Positions 62,906-64,000 of a stretch of 64,000 nt of DNA are shown one piece after another (the stretch's first letter is position 1; each line of letters starts with the position of its first letter). The notes beneath the pieces are model-generated. The model saw only the letters and a program-made list of their open reading frames with translations. It was not told the DNA's origin and searched no databases. The DNA lies in the NCBI GenBank assembly GCA_950097015.1, contig CATNEN010000038.1:14012001-14076000 (forward strand), given 5' to 3'. Made by a program: the position numbers and the translations under genes. The stretch comes from Macrostomum hystrix. Its lineage: Eukaryota; Animalia; Platyhelminthes.

Positions 62906-64000
62906 AACATTTGATTGTTATCTAGAAAATCAAGAAAAACAAAAATTATAAAACCTATTATATAGTTAGCATACAAAAACACCAACTAGAATTTAGGTCT
63001 TTGACTAGCAAACAACATTTTATGCATTATTAATAAAAACATTTTATTAGCATTAGCTATAAAACCATATAGGTCTACTTTATTAGTTAAATGACATGAT
63101 ATTTGTATAGCTAGGCCTAGCATATATAATAAAATGCACCAGAGTACAACAAATCCACAACTTTTGAGCTAGAGAATTAGCCAGATTGAAAGATGAGAAA
63201 AGAAAGCACAAACAAAAAATAAAAACAAAGCACAAAATGGGCAGAAAACATTGCATAATACCTGAAACAAGCACTTTTGTGAATTTTTACATGTAATAAA
63301 TGTTAAGAGTAAAATTCGAAAGTATTATTGCTTTCAAAAAAAATAATAGTTTTTTGTTCTAGTTTAAGAGTGAGTTGTTGAAATTAACTGCTTGTGCTAT
63401 CTGAATATAAAAAGTTTTTTATTTCAGACCCTTGTAAAGAACACTTCTAGAGATAGCATATTAGAGACATATTAACATATTACAGATAACAATTTTATGA
63501 TAACATATTTTATTCTCAGGCAAAAAATATTACAGTGCTATAAAATTGTACTCACTATTTTATTCCAAAGAGTTATTGACTTTGAACGAAACATTTTAAT
63601 TACTTAGCTTTACTGATAATTATTGCGCACTATTTAGAGCCTTTACACTTTTATAACAGAAAATAAATATACACGCAAGCAATACGGGAATTAATCGTGA
63701 TGAATTGATTGATCACTTTTAGTCGCTATTTGAGGTTTCGCCTCCTAATAACGAAAAAGATCATCCAGCAGGCCACAGTCAAGTAAATTGAACAAGCAAG
63801 TGTCCATGTCTTAGAAAAAAGTTTTTAAATTTACTAGTATAACAAATTCTGAAAATTTGATTTTAATTAATGATATAAATAACCAATTGCTTGGCTAAAT
63901 ACTGTATATATGTTTTACATAACTACATGCAAAATGATTTTTAGTTATATTATGAAGTTTACTTTAGAGTCATATGATATATTTAAATGTAGCCTTGGCG

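Overview
Eukaryotic (animal) genomic DNA with intron-containing genes, most of whose introns are filled by a different minisatellite; a free-living flatworm such as Macrostomum is my guess, not verified. I reconstructed six host genes by hand using GT-AG sites and exon phase: FAM78-family (-), a divergent MDR/alcohol-dehydrogenase-like Rossmann-domain protein (+), an atypical Rab-like GTPase (-), a SON orthologue (+), a tandem truncated SON paralogue with G-patch and dsRBD only (+), and SCOT/OXCT1 (-). The centrepiece is a young full-length 13.06-kb Ty3/Gypsy LTR retrotransposon (15686-28744). It has 2357-bp LTRs that look identical, an AGGA target-site duplication and a tRNA-Leu PBS. Its intact 1379-aa Gag-RT-RNaseH-IN polyprotein has no recognisable protease or nucleocapsid knuckle. 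At the env position it carries a complete three-exon ANTISENSE gene that the ORF track does not show, predicted to encode an 83-aa tail-anchored membrane microprotein, with CCAAT, TATA, Kozak, canonical introns, AATAAA and a paired E-box cluster upstream. Duplicated hairpin modules lie between pol and that gene. Also present: a Tc1/mariner-like relic whose TIR seeded a 60-bp satellite, SINE-like copies and a hAT-like end. All homology calls come from motif recognition; no searches were run.
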